A stretch of 61,821 bases of DNA, filler included, from Dugesia japonica (taxonomy: Eukaryota): assembly GCA_001938525.1 (NCBI GenBank). It is 5 parts of 5 records of this genome, joined end to end, with 100 filler letters (N's around TTAATTAATTAA, not from the genome) between each part and the next. Parts side by side here need not be neighbours in the genome. Positions count along the whole stretch, not along the records: positions 37,401 to 51,122 come from MQRL01632780.1; positions 51,223 to 61,821 come from MQRL01613112.1; 3 more parts are not named here. One strand, given 5' to 3'. The position numbers and the translations under genes are program-made. A model generated the notes under the pieces. It was not told where the DNA came from. It searched no databases and saw nothing but the letters and a program-made list of their open reading frames with translations. Positions 48,310-61,821 of the stretch are shown in pieces; the stretch's first letter is position 1; each line of letters starts with the position of its first letter.

Positions 48310-51120
48310 TCTTATGGAAGAATTTTGTGTTCAAACTACCGACCACGATGGCAAAAAAAGAAAAAGATTAAAGACAAAAACTTTTTCAAACAAAATCTTC
48401 AACTCAGGAGTTACTAATTCCAAAGCCGAGTTTCTTTGATGGATCATCAGATACAGCTAAAGATTGGCTTCAAACAGCAAAGGAATTCGTGTCTTTTAAT
48501 CAGATGGAATTATCTTTTGCATTTGATATGCTAATACGACACTATGCTAAAGGAATTGTTGTTGGAAAAACAAAAGAAGTTGAGAAATTATCTAATGAGA
48601 TTTGTGAACGTTGGTTTCAAGAGTCATTCATTATTCAAGAAACATTGGTCGATAAAGTTTCAATCTTGTCAAGAATAATGCAGAAANNNNNNNNNNNNNN
48701 NNNNNNNNNNNNNNNNNNNNNNNNNNNNNNNNNNNNNNNNNNNNNNNNNNNNNNNNNNNNNNNNNNNNNNNNNNNNNNNNNNNNNNNNNNNNNNNNNNNN
48801 NNNNNNNNNNNNNNNNNNNNNNNNNNNNNNNNNNNNNNNNNNNNNNNNNNNNNNNNNNNNNNNNNNNNNNNNNNNNNNNNNNNNNNNNNNNNNNNNNNNN
48901 NNNNNNNNNNNNNNNNNNNNNNNNNNNNNNNNNNNNNNNNNAAAAAGAATATATATCAATCTAAATTTGGAAACAATCACCCAAAGATAAATGTTCAAAG
49001 GGACACAAATATTAGAGACCGGCCAACTCTTTTTCAAGAAGATCCACATTTTGAACGAAGCAAGCCGATACAAAAACAAGGTTAGTACAATAATTTTCCG
49101 CAGTATTCATTGAATCATTTAGCAAATAAACTATATTGTAAAGCTTAAGGGAAAATACTACCACGAAACGAAATCTTAAAGACAGGAGCATGTTTTTGCT
49201 GTGGAGAAACAAATCATAAAAAGATGAATTGCCCATTGAAAGGAAAATGCTTAATTTGTGGAAAGGAAGGTCTTAGTTTTCGGGATTAATTGCTAATTCA
49301 AGTAAACGATTTTTCGGTGTCTAGAGTTTTGTGTATTGCAGAAGAGGATGATAATCGGTCCTGTACAAGGGAATATATAGATTATATACATGATGTACCT
49401 ACAGACGATGAAGATATGAAAAACGATTGGCAACCCACTGCATCCATCTCATCAATGAGGTTGCAAAAACCGATCGCAAAACTAGAGATGCAACAATGAT
49501 ATTTGATAAAAAGAAGGTTTTTCAGAAGAAAGATGGAAGAGAATGGAGTATAATGCAGTGTAATTGATATGATGTTGAAATGTTATGGGATTCTGGAGCA
49601 TCATTATCAGTAATGAGTGCATAAGTCTGGAGAAGAATTGTATTACCGGCGTTATTGCAGTTGCAGATTGTGTTAACATGAGTTTTTTCAGAGAAAGAAG
49701 AAAAATGTATTGGTAAAACTAAATTACATTTACATTGGCAATGAAAACAGAGAGAAAAGGACGTAGTAACTGTCAAATATATTCATCCTGCATTTATTGG
49801 GGAGATTGACATGATAAGGATATTTGGAATGAAGATAACCGAAGTTGATTTTATTGATTCAAAAGATGTTGTTGAGCCAGTTGTTGAGAATCCCAATAGA
49901 GTGAAAAATGTTCATAATATTCAAAAGAATGTCAATCAAGAAAGTAGAAGAATGATAGAAGAACACGTAGAGATATTTATGATATCGAAATTTGATCTTG
50001 GATTTACAACAATAATGCAGCATCACATTGAAACAAAAGGAGGACCAATAATGTTAAATCCTAGAAGACAACCAATGCATTTGGAAAGCAAAATTGATGA
50101 GTTACTAAAAAATCTTAGAAAAGCAAATATTATCCAGAGTTGCAGAAGTCCATGGAATTCACCATTGGTAAATGTACCGAAGAAAGATTGAACAATAAGA
50201 ATGTGTTTGGATTTTCGGAAATTAATTTCAATTACAGAGAAATACTATTTTCCGGTGCCTGATATTCATCTACTTTTAGACACGCTTGAGGGATCAATTC
50301 TATTTTCATCGCTAGATATAGGACAAGAATACTACCAAATTGAGTTAAGTGAAGAATCGAAGTTGAAAACAGTTTTTAGTACAAAGATGGGGCAGTTTTG
50401 TTTTAATCGCATGCCATTTGGATTGTGCTCTGCACCAGAAAATTTCCAAAGTTTGATACATCAATTATTCAACGGAATGTTGTACAAAGAAGTACCAGTA
50501 TACTTGGATGATATTTTGATATATTGACGAACTCAACAAGAGCATGATGAACGGGTTGGTAACGTTTTTTTCTTTACTAAAATAAACAAGTTTAAAGATA
50601 AATCCGGATAAATGCGTATTCAATTCTGAGAAATTGCGATTCATGGGTAATACAATTAGTGCTAAAGGTGTAGAGACAAAACATTCGGGAAGCAAACAAA
50701 CCAAAATGCACCACACAAATACGGGCATTTCTAGNTCTAACCAATTATTACAGGCGGTTTATAAAAGACTAGCTGTCATTGCAGAACCATTATATGTAGC
50801 CACTGCGCGCCATAAAAAAAATATCGAATGAACATATACTTCAAGAATACAATTTGCTATGAATGCAACTCAACAGAAATCATCTGGATTATCTCCTTTC
50901 GAAATCATCTTTAGAAGAAGGATAGTTTTACATGGATTTCTGCAACAAGAAAGATTAGATCATAAAAATTGTTAGGGTGAAACACCCGGTCAAAGAGGAA
51001 ACTAGATTTTAAATCAACAAGAAAAAACGAAAAATACCGTATTAACACTAAGAACAAGTACCAAAATCGGACCAGGTGGTAAATAAAAGAAACAACATAA
51101 GAAAAGTTGATAACTATGAA
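48310..51120 (+). mobile_element. Ty3/Gypsy gag-pol relic
   Basis: CCHC knuckles (CFCCGETNHKKMNC), protease VMDSGAS, RT (SPWNSPLV, RMCLDFRKL, LDIGQEYYQI, RMPFGL, YLDDILIY), integrase tail (TQQKSSGLSPFEIIF). Confidence 0.88.
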
Positions 51121-51122
51121 CC

Positions 51123-51222
51123 NNNNNNNNNNNNNNNNNNNNNNNNNNNNNNNNNNNNNNNNNNNNTTAATTAATTAANNNNNNNNNNNNNNNNNNNNNN
51201 NNNNNNNNNNNNNNNNNNNNNN
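51123..51222. other. Artificial scaffold linker N44-TTAATTAATTAA-N44
   Basis: Same 100-nt structure. Confidence 0.95.
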
Positions 51223-54056
51223 AAAAAAGCTTTGTTTATGGAGTATATCAGATATTTTGAAAAAGACCACAAACTTTAAGATGAAATGTTTGCAGAAAAC
51301 TCACTCACTGTTTATAAGGGAAAACCAATTTTTGCTACCGAAAACTTTTTTTGACATGAATCATATTCCTTTTAANNNNNNNNNNNNNNNNNNNNNNNNN
51401 NNNNNNNNNNNNNNNNNNNNNNNCTATCAGAGGTAAATCTTCTAAAGATAATTTATTTTCTAAATCACAATTATTCATTTGAGACATATTTATAATTAAT
51501 AACTATAAATTTATTTAATAGAACAAGGTGAAATAGAAACTAATAATTTATTAAAATAATTTATCTTAATTTCTATTGTTTGAAATTTTTCCTATTTATT
51601 TTCTTGTACGTATTATACAGTACAAATATCTTGCATCTTATTCAAAAAACCCAGTATAGTACTGGGATAAGTGTGATAATTCTTTGCTACGATAAAAGAC
51701 CAAAGCAGTATAAAACAGCACGATGGATTAAAGCAAGGACATAGCATTATCTAAATTAACAAAAACGATATTAATGCTGGAGTGCCATCTATGCTGGTGA
51801 TTTATTTTCATGGCTGGGGGAATAAAATTTTCCAGTGGGACCCTACCAAGAAGTTGAACAAGCTTCCCTGATCTAGGTAATCAAGGTAGCACTGTTGACT
51901 CNNNNNNNNNNNNNNNNNNNNNNNNNNGTATCTTTTTGGTTTGGATTCGAAATTCTATTTCCGCTCTTTTCACATTTGATCCTACATTATAAGAGAAATC
52001 AGAAATAACTCAATTGCGTGACTAAGATTTTTTTACATGTACAGTTATAAATGAATTCAACAATATATTCAATTATTCCGTTTCTTGATATGCTCTTTGA
52101 AAGAAAAAGTCATACGTTAAAACAGAAATATTTAGAAAGAAAACTGATACCGTTTTGTTTAAAAATCCTGCCAGTTAGGTGACATAATATATAAAAGTAA
52201 TATGATGAAAGGACTAAATTATCGTTTTTAGTCCCTCTCTTCTACTTTTATCAAATCACATAAGAGTCTAAATAAATTAATTGAATTACTTCATAATAAT
52301 GAGTATTCTTAATTGTTTGCAGACATATTATGAAACTTTAAATAAACTGAATGGTAATTTGTCTCGTGCTGATGTGCGTGTTTTAAAAATAAAAGAAATC
52401 TTAAAATTGTTTTATCTTTACTTTATTTGCTTTAAAAAATTTAAACTTTCTATTGAAAATGCTCCTAAGAATATTTTAAAGATAAAAATTGTATCTCAAT
52501 CTAATAAGGTTATAAATATGTCCAATAATAAACTATAATCAGTTTAGACTCGTATTGTGATCTGGTCCATCAATTTAAATGTAATGGGTGTAATGCCACA
52601 TACATTAGAGAAACTTCCCGTCATTCTGCATCAACGTAAATTCAATGCAAATTCAGAGTTATTCTATTCAAAGTTATTTTTATTATTAATTGCTAACTAA
52701 TTCTTTTATTTATTATTATTTTGTTTAATCTTCCGATTTATTTAAATTTAATTGATCAAAGGTTATTAATTTTTAATAAACTTTTTTAATTTATTCCAAA
52801 TTTTGATAATTTCTTAATTAATTTTGCTTCTAATTTTAATTAATCAATCTTAAATTTCTTTCCCCTATTCTTTCATTATCAATAAGTCTTTCACCCAACA
52901 TTAATACCATTTACATATNAAAAATATATTGGCAAAAGACATCTCTTTAAACGTATTTATACATGACTTGGTATACATTTAGATATTACATTAAATGAAC
53001 AAATGAATGAGAGCTATCTACCAAAACATTTGTAATGAGCCTATTACTACTATTACCATGCAGTGTTACAATACGATATAGAATATCAAAATATGTTGAT
53101 ATTTGGAATAAATATAATAGTGATGTCGATTCAATACTATAAAAGAGTTAGAATTTTCGGTTTGGTATACCTCATTTTAAAATAAAAAAAGAAGTGAAAA
53201 GAACAAAAAAATAATTGAATATTTTATGAATACAAATCATTGGAGAAAAAATATCACCTGAAAAATATGACTCTGACAAAAAATTCCTAGACGATAACTA
53301 AGTAGCAGATTTAATTAAAGAATATAGAAAACTATAAATAATGATGAAAGTAAGAATATATGATTAAGAAAATACAAGAAATTACTTAGTAAATCCATGA
53401 AATATCGAAGAACCATAGCTGTTTATAATATGATTCACTATATTCTGTTCTCTATTCTTAAAGGCAATGATCGTTTCTCTTAAGAATTAAAACTATTGAC
53501 TTTTAATCTGTTTTGACAAGATGATTTTATTAGTTTTAGATCAATATCACATTTTTCGATTGAAAAAATTATGTGGAAATAAATAATTTACATATTTTCG
53601 ACCCATGAAATTTTTTGAAACTTTCAACTTTCTGATTTTCAGGTTAATCTGAAAAGCTTCAAAACGGTAAATTTCCATTAAATTGAGACACAATATATTA
53701 TTTTATGTTTCTGTTGCTATTAAATTCATGGAAATTCTTTGTAAAATTAGTAAAATTTATTAAATTATTAAACCAATCGATCTTCAATCAAATTAATTAA
53801 AACATTGATAAATTGATAAAGAAAAAATATTGATAAAATATTAATTGATTGATTCTTTTGCTTTAAATCTAATATATTACTAAATGGAATATAATATTTA
53901 AGTTTTAATTGATTTTGTTTCTTTTATAACTTTATTGTTTTTATTGTTGAGATAGTAAATTACTGTTATTTTCATTTAATTATCTTTGTTTATTTACTAT
54001 GCATCTAAGTGCTATTTTTATCTCTTAGCAACAAAGATTTTTTAATTTTTTTAAAT

Positions 54057-57000
54057 ATGGCTTTACCTCTATTACCTGGCAATACATTTAATCGAAATGT
54101 AAGTCATTTTAAAATTAAAAATTAATTTTTATATGAAATCTCTAAAAGCTCGGAAAAGATAAATATCACAAATCTCATCATTTTGATAGTAAAAATGAAG
54201 TTAATTTCATGTTTGGCGATGATAAAAATGGAATCGGAGGTGATCCTTTGCCAGGACAACGAATTGGTGCCCCAACAAGTAAATATCCTGCAGGAGATGG
54301 TAGCAAAATGCCAGCATGGATTGCTTTTGATAAACAAGTATTAATCAATATTTATGATGGATTTTCTATAGTTTAATATTTTAGGTTTTGTTTTTCGATG
54401 CGTATTTTCAAGAATCCGTCAATGAAAGAAGAGAAGAACAATACAGAATAAGAAATTGTAAAGTTATATTCTATTTAGAAGATGATACCATTCAAGTTAT
54501 TGAGCCTCGTTCTAGAAATAGTTGTTTGCCTCAGGGTTTCATAAATATCATTAATTAGTAATTGATTATTTCATTTCTACATTAGGCACCATTATACGCA
54601 GACACAGAATACCTAAACCGAGTCCTAATGACCATTTGTTTTATACGGTCCACGATTTAAATGTTGGAATTGAAATTGAATTTTATGGAAAAGTTCTTCG
54701 AATAATTAGTTGTGATGAATTTACTCATAATTTTTTGAGGAAACTCGGAGTTAAAGTATGACTTTATTCTTCTTTTCTAATATATTTCAGATGGAAATAG
54801 AAATTAGCAAATAATTATTTAATAATTATTTGATAATTATTTGATAATTATTTGATAATTATTNNNNNNNNNNNNNNNNNNNNNNNNNNNNNNNNNNNNN
54901 NNNNNNNNNNNNNNNNNNNNNNNNNNNNNNNNNNNNNNNNNNNTAATTATTTGATAATTATTTGATAATTATTTGATAATTATTTGATAATTATTAATTA
55001 ATTATTTGATAATTATTTGATANNNNNNNNNNNNNNNNNNNNNNNNNNNNNNNNNNNNNNNNNNNNNNNNNNTAATTATTTGATAATTATTAATTAATTA
55101 TTTGATAATTATTTGATAATTATTAATTAATTATTTGATAATTATTTGATANNNNNNNNNNNNNNNNNNNATAATTATTTGATAATTATTAATTAATTAT
55201 TTGATAATTATTTGATAATTATTTGATAATTATTTGATAATTATTTAATAATTGGAAAGTGATAGATGGTACTTTGTTGAAGATATACTCAACTAAATTT
55301 TAAATCGGAGAAACGCAGAAATCCTGTACTGGATAGAGTTTCATTGAAATCTGAAATACTTAAAAGATTTTGATATCAATTAAATTAAATTTATTAAAAC
55401 TAAATAAATCGTCATTNNNNNNNNNNNNNNNNNNNNNNNNNNNNNAATGTATATTGTAAATAATCTAATATTCATTTAAGGTCGGACAACCAGAGAAAAT
55501 ACCAATGGACAATTACAATTTAACTAGAAAAGCAATGGATGAAGCTATGCAACCTCTCAGACCGTATGAAAGAAAAGACAAACTGAAACAGTTTCTCGAT
55601 CACGATCGTCACGTATTAAGATTTTATTGTTATTGGGATGATTCAGATAATTTATATGGAGACAGAAGAGAAATGATCATTCATTATTTCTTGGGTATAT
55701 ATACATTTTTTTTCATATTTTGCATAGAAAATCATCATCACGAATTTGAAAATTTATTGATCAACAAGGCTTAAATTTAATATTTTTAATTAAAATTAAT
55801 ATTTTAATCAAAATTAAATGACAAAAAGATTTGTTGCCTTTGTTTTCTAAATAAATGAAATAATAAACACTTTTTATGTATATTTGGGACTTTATAAATT
55901 GACGAAAAATAGAATTTAATAATTTAAATTTTCTGCATTACTTTTGTACTTTCTCTTAACAACTATTATCTGATAAAGTCAACGACGGATCCAGGAATTT
56001 TTCATGGAGGGCGATAGGAAAATAATTATGTCATTTATTATGTAATCGACCGGGAATTAAAGTTTTAGTTTAAATAAAGTCAAATTAATGATTTTTTGTT
56101 TANNNNNNNNNNNNNNNNNNNNNNNNNNNNNNNNNNNNNNNNNNNNNNNNNNNNNNNNNNNNNNNNNNNNNNNNNNNNNNNNNNNNNNNNNNNNNNNNNN
56201 NNNNNNNNNNNNNNNNNNNNNNNNNNNNNNNNNNNNNNNNNNNNNNNNNNNNNNNNNNNNNNNNNNNNNNNNNNNNNNNNNNNNNNNNNNCCAATTTTTC
56301 GATTTTATCTTCTTCAGGAGTTGTGTTTAAATAAATTGAATAAATCAATCTCAACTCTCGAAAAAGATAAACTCGAACGTTTGGGGAAGTAAGTTAAATT
56401 TTTGAAAATTTTAATTGATTCAAAATAATTTCTTCAAGGAAATATCTAAAACGTTTCTTTTCAATAATTTTGCTGTTTCAGAAATACTCAATATTTAAAC
56501 AAGGTATTGACATATTTAATTGTATCTTCCCCAAACATTCCTCTGTTGTACCATTTGCAAATGTTACTTTTGTCATACATTTATAAATTCTTACTATTCA
56601 GTTAATAGTGGGATCTTTGTATCTTCTATCATCACAGAATATTCTTTTAAACCTACTTCCTATCATATTTAAATCTCAATCTTTCTTGTTGCTCTCAACG
56701 CCAGTGCCAAATATGTTGGCTGCTCATCATCTCTCTGATATTCTGGAATATTTTTCTTGATTTTCAATCACTGTGTTTTATTTTTTTTTCCAATTTTTAA
56801 ATATTCACTATTTCTTTTTAATTTCTACTATTCAAAACTTAAAAATATTCGATTACTTATCCTGACACAATAAACTTCTTATTTCGGTAAATCAATTTTT
56901 ACAAATCAAATACTGGCAATAAAATTAATATCACAATGGCTTTATTTCGAGGAAGACTTCTTGTTTAATAGACACCCCAACGTTATCTTGCTATATTAAT

Positions 57001-57853
57001 ATAATATTCATGTAACAATAATAATACACTTTTTACAAATCATTATTAATAATTGGGGTAAGGTAGTATTAAAAATAAAATAAATTGTTATTAGAATTAT
57101 TATTCTTTGTAAATCTGGAAAAAGAAAAGACTAGGAATCAGTATATTTATTGGAATCTCTATCACGTAGAATATTTTTACACTCATTTTTTATTACATAA
57201 GTAAAAAATTTTAACTATCTGATTACAGCTTGAAATTTCTCAAATTTGGCGTTACACAAAATAATTTCAATTTTTTCTTTTATCGAAAATCTAATAATCA
57301 TTGGATTTGAATAAAAACTATATTGATTATTATACATTAATGAATATAAACAAATTTGCAATTAAAGTATGTTAACCTACATAATATATATCATAAACGT
57401 TTATCATAAGAATAAGGAATGTTGCGGTAAAGTTTTAATTTCTTAAAAATATATAACATAAAATATATTTGAATATTAAAACCTTTAATAAAATTTCAAA
57501 TTAAATATTTTTAAATAGTTAATTAAATTTATAAGATTTATAATTACTCATTAAAATAATTTTAATAATCCATAAAATTTTAATTTTATAAAAATAAATA
57601 ATTAAATAAATAATAATTTAATATTTGATATTTTTTGTTGTTAATATCAAATTCTACAAATATACAAAAATGTAAAACTTTGAAAAAATATTAGAAAATA
57701 AAAGTAAATTGTTAGAATAAGTTTCGTTTCAANNNNNNNNNNNNNNNNNNNNNNNNNNNNNNNNNNNNNNNNNNNNNNNNNNNNNNNNNNNNNNNNNNNN
57801 NNNNNNNNNNNNNNNNNNNNNNNNNNNNNNNNNNNNNNNNNNNNNNNNNNNNN

Positions 57854-57918
<65 letters not shown>

Positions 57919-60900
57919 TTAATATTTAAAATTAGTTCTGTAGAATACTATTTTCGTTAGTTAATCAATAGATGGCGTTGTTCTTGCACTTCATGATAAT
58001 TTAAACACCTCCTGGCATTATAAACTGATCTGAAAAATCTTTACCTTTTAATGCTTAGGCATAATTTAAAACAAATTTCATAATAATTGCAAGCTTACAT
58101 TCAAAAATTGTGAATATTATTTGTTTAAATGGAAAATGTTTGTAATTAGCCGACGATACGGTCGAGATTCGAGAAGTTATTCCAGCTAACTCCGGTAGAG
58201 ATGCTGCTCCAACATTTTTAAAGAGACAAAGGCTTCCAAAACAGTTGGAACCATTGGCGAAAATTGGAACTCAAACTGATAGGACATTATTGAATGTTTT
58301 AGGTCATCCTCAAAGAGGAGGAAGATACTTGTTAGATAATTTAAAAGTATGAAATTAGTTTAATTAATTTGATGTGAAAATCTATTTATAGACTGGAGAG
58401 ACAAAAGTCGAATTTTATACGGATGAAGATCTGCAAATCGGTGCCTGTGTGAACGTATTCGGACGGAAATTTGTGATTACTGATATGGATACATTTACAA
58501 AGGAATATTTCAATTATAAATATGGAATAGGTTAGCAATTCTTNNNNNNNNNNNNNNNNNNNNNNNNNNNNNNNNNNNNNNNNNNNNNNNNNNNNNNNNN
58601 NNNNNNNNNNNNNATATATTTTTTGGAAAATGATGAATCATAATGGATTCCTTCTTTCTCTGTTTGGTAATGAAAAAATTATATTATGAATTTATACGAG
58701 AAACAAACAGCAAAATAAATATTATGAATAAACTATTAACAAATAATAATAATTGACTTTATTAACTTGTTTTAATAAGTTTTAGATAAAAAATTTTTTA
58801 TGCTGGCCATTTTCATTTCATTGTCAATGGAGATTAAATATTGGCATTAAAAGATTAAAGTATTTCTTATTTTACTGGAAAAGTTAAATCTCAATGGAAT
58901 AGAATAATTACAATTATCTTAATGGATTATTTCTAATATATTAGTAATGATTAATTATATAAACGCTGTCCAAGTCCGATAACTCGAATTTTTGAGAATT
59001 GGGATATCCGTTTGAATTATTGAGCAAGTTGTGTAGTTTAGTTCATAATTAGCCACATATAAGGATGTTACAATTTTAAATAAATAATAAATTAAACATT
59101 CTAAATTTATGAAAAGAGTATTGAAGAGATAAATATTTTTATATTTTAAACAATCCACAAGAAAAAATTTGAAAAATAATCCTTGATCAAATTCATTGAA
59201 TACGTAGTTCCTTCGTCAATATAGTCTTATTTTAACAAAAGTACCGTAATTTTCTGTGTATAGTCCATACTTATATATACCCAGCAAAAATAGAAGCAAA
59301 TATAAGAAATTTTCATGTGAAAGTCACTCCCAATATTTTACTTGTATAGATTTTATTATAGATTATAATTTGGTAAACTCATGTCCCATTGTTTGATGAT
59401 ATATCTGATTTTAAGAAATTTTCATTAAAAAGTGAATAAATGACTTCTTTTTTTATTTTTGGTTATGTACACAAATAATTTAAAGATAATTTTATTAATG
59501 GTTTTAAAAAATGTATGTAGTATTCATGCACATTTCACATATCGTTAGAAATTTAAAATACGTGTATAATCCGCGAACTATGCTCGCGAAAATACGGTAA
59601 GTGTAATTTACACGAAATAGTTGTGGTATCTGAAATCGAAACATCCTCTTCAAATATCACACCCTTGTCATTGTCTGAATTATGCTCAGTATCATCCTCA
59701 ATGACTGAAACTTGTGCATTTTTATGTTTATAAATATTTCTATTTCTACAAGAATATTTATCGAATGATATGATTGATTTGACACGAAAATGAAATTCCC
59801 AACACACTTAATCTTCTCACTTAATGCATTTTTATCGAAAATCCAATATTTAGTGAAACAGTTATCTAGTGTTAAAAATGTGATTAATTATTAAAAATGT
59901 GAATAAGGAATATTAAATTTGTACACAAAAATTAAGAATTAGTTTAAGAATTAGTTTAAACATTTGTAATTTATTGTAGATCTTTTTATAAATATGACTA
60001 AAACGGCAAAAATGTTTTAATTTAAATTTTTTGTAAAAAATTTCAGAAAGGTTTTAGCTAAAATTTAGGGTGAACTTTAGAATAGTGCAAATTTGGGGGC
60101 ATCGTTTTTAGTAGTTCCAGAATTATTCTTTATTCAAAATACTTTAATGATTCATTTTTTTTGCTTTAACTGTCAAAAGATAAAATCAGCATAACAAAGT
60201 TTAATGAAATGTTTTAATTTTTTGTTATAGTAATTAACTTTATGATAATTATTTTTTTTCAACCATTGATTAAATTTCATATCTTTATTAAAACTCAAAA
60301 TTTTGGAATATCAACTTCTTCTGGATTACGTTTTTGATTCATTCGTGTTAAGTAATAAAAAAATTATTTAAAAATAATTTTTTTTATTTGAATTATTATT
60401 GTTTAATAATTATTAGAAAAACATCAAATGTTTTAATAATTTCCATCTTTAGGAAATTTTGCACCAATAGTTACGGAAAATTACAGAGGAGAACCAATAA
60501 CTCGCCAAGAACCTCCATTTAATGGATGGGGTTCTGAAGAAGATTCTTTAGGAAATTGTCATGGATTGATGCCTCAACCGCCTAAAAGAGATTTCATCAA
60601 ATTCATGGAAAAGGATAGAAAAGGTCTAGAATCGCATGTTTTGAGATTTAAATCTCGTCTTGTAACAGAAAAATCGATTGATAAAGATCGAAGATTTATT
60701 ATTTCTTTCTTTTTGTCAGATGATAGTATTCTAGTGTATGAAAGTGTTCAAAAGAATTCAGGTTTTTTCATTTGACAAGAACTGAAAATGATTTATTATG
60801 TAAAAAATTTTAATGTAGGTTTTCTCGGTGGAAAATTTCTAGAAAGATGTAAAATCAAAAAACCTGGCCAAGAAAGATTTAGTACAGAATTACCTAATTA

Positions 60901-61821
60901 TTATCAAGCTCGAGATATATATGTTGGAGCAATTGTTGAGATCAACAACTTTAATTTTTTCATTGAAGATGCCGATGAATACGCATATCGATATATGGAA
61001 AAGAATTATATTGAAGTGAAAATTGGATTTTAATTTATGATAAAACGATTTATGGATAAACTTTTTAAAAAATTACGAAATCATTGTCAAAATACTCTTA
61101 ATTAAAATTTAATAATTCAGTGATAGACAATGTTCGAGTTCATTTCATCTCATCAATTTCAGATAAGACTTAAAATCAATTTTTNAATAAATAAATCATT
61201 TTAATCACTTTGCAGCTCACTCAGTAGTGTAACGAAAAATGTTGGATTCTTACTAGCAAAATTTTTACTTGTTTCTCATAATAACAAAATTAATTAAATA
61301 ATGGGATACTAAGAAAGCGGAACGTTTTTCAAAACTTATTTTAATTTAATTATTAAACAATTCATAAAAAACTAAAATACTAAGGTAAAATAAAAAAAAC
61401 TAATCAAATTGTTTTCTCTGGGATCTTGCTGTTCTAAATTAGTTGATATCGTCTTTTTTTAACGATATCAGCTGCTTCTTCTGTTTCAATTTTTCCTTAG
61501 CAATATTTTTTTAGACTTTCTAATCCGTCTGATTTTTTTTATTCATATTTTAATAAAAACTTTAATTTATTTTTATTTTATTTTTATGTTTTTAATTTCT
61601 TTATAATAAAGTCATTTATTTTAGTTTCCTCAAAGTAACATCGACAGAATTATGTTGAAGTTAAGACAGAAATTTGCCTCTCGTGAAAGAGAAATCGACT
61701 GCCAATTTAAAGATATTGATATTGGAAAGAAAATGATTATAAGTTTTCATCAACTTATTTCAGTTTTGAGGACATGGTTTTCTGAACAGGAATTAACAGA
61801 TCATGAAATATGCACAGTAGC
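54057..61821 (+). CDS. EFHC2: EF-hand domain-containing family member C2 (DM10-domain ciliary microtubule inner protein), runs off the window end
   Basis: Exons 54057-54098, 54149-54337, 54385-54535, 54586-54755, 55481-55694, 58150-58346, 58392-58530, 60453-60761, 60819-61015, 61625-end. N-terminus MALPLLPGNTFNRN..GKDKYHKS, PAWIAFDKQVLFFDAYF, three DM10 repeats (YLEDDTIQV, YFLADDTVEI, FFLSDDSILV). Confidence 0.95.
54810..55250. repeat. 11-bp minisatellite (TAATTATTTGA)n in an EFHC2 intron
   Basis: Direct tandem units interrupted by assembly gaps. Confidence 0.92.
57854..57921. repeat. (TAT)n microsatellite
   Basis: Direct trinucleotide run. Confidence 0.9.

Overview
AT-rich eukaryotic (animal; possibly flatworm, which is an inference) genomic DNA. 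Five segments are joined by artificial N44-TTAATTAATTAA-N44 linkers, so adjacency across 19026, 28381, 37345 and 51167 is not biological. Three intron-containing host genes are partly present: a DYRK4-type kinase (+), a Gi/o-class G-protein alpha subunit (-) and EFHC2 (+). The rest is mostly decayed mobile DNA: mariners, an IS630/Tc1 fragment, hAT relics, several Ty3/Gypsy elements and Penelope-like relics with hairpin repeats. The most striking signal is a Polinton/Maverick (adintovirus-like) endogenous virus family that carries a divergent TATA-box-binding-protein (TBP)-like gene head-to-head with its A32/FtsK-like packaging ATPase. This module occurs on three different segments: (1) in a 7.8 kb element with about 2 kb terminal inverted repeats (28567-36383); (2) in a copy linked to integrase, minor capsid and major capsid genes (41968-46345); (3) as a fragment (about 24920-25680). 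All copies are pseudogenised. All protein assignments come from manual translation and motif recognition, not database searches.
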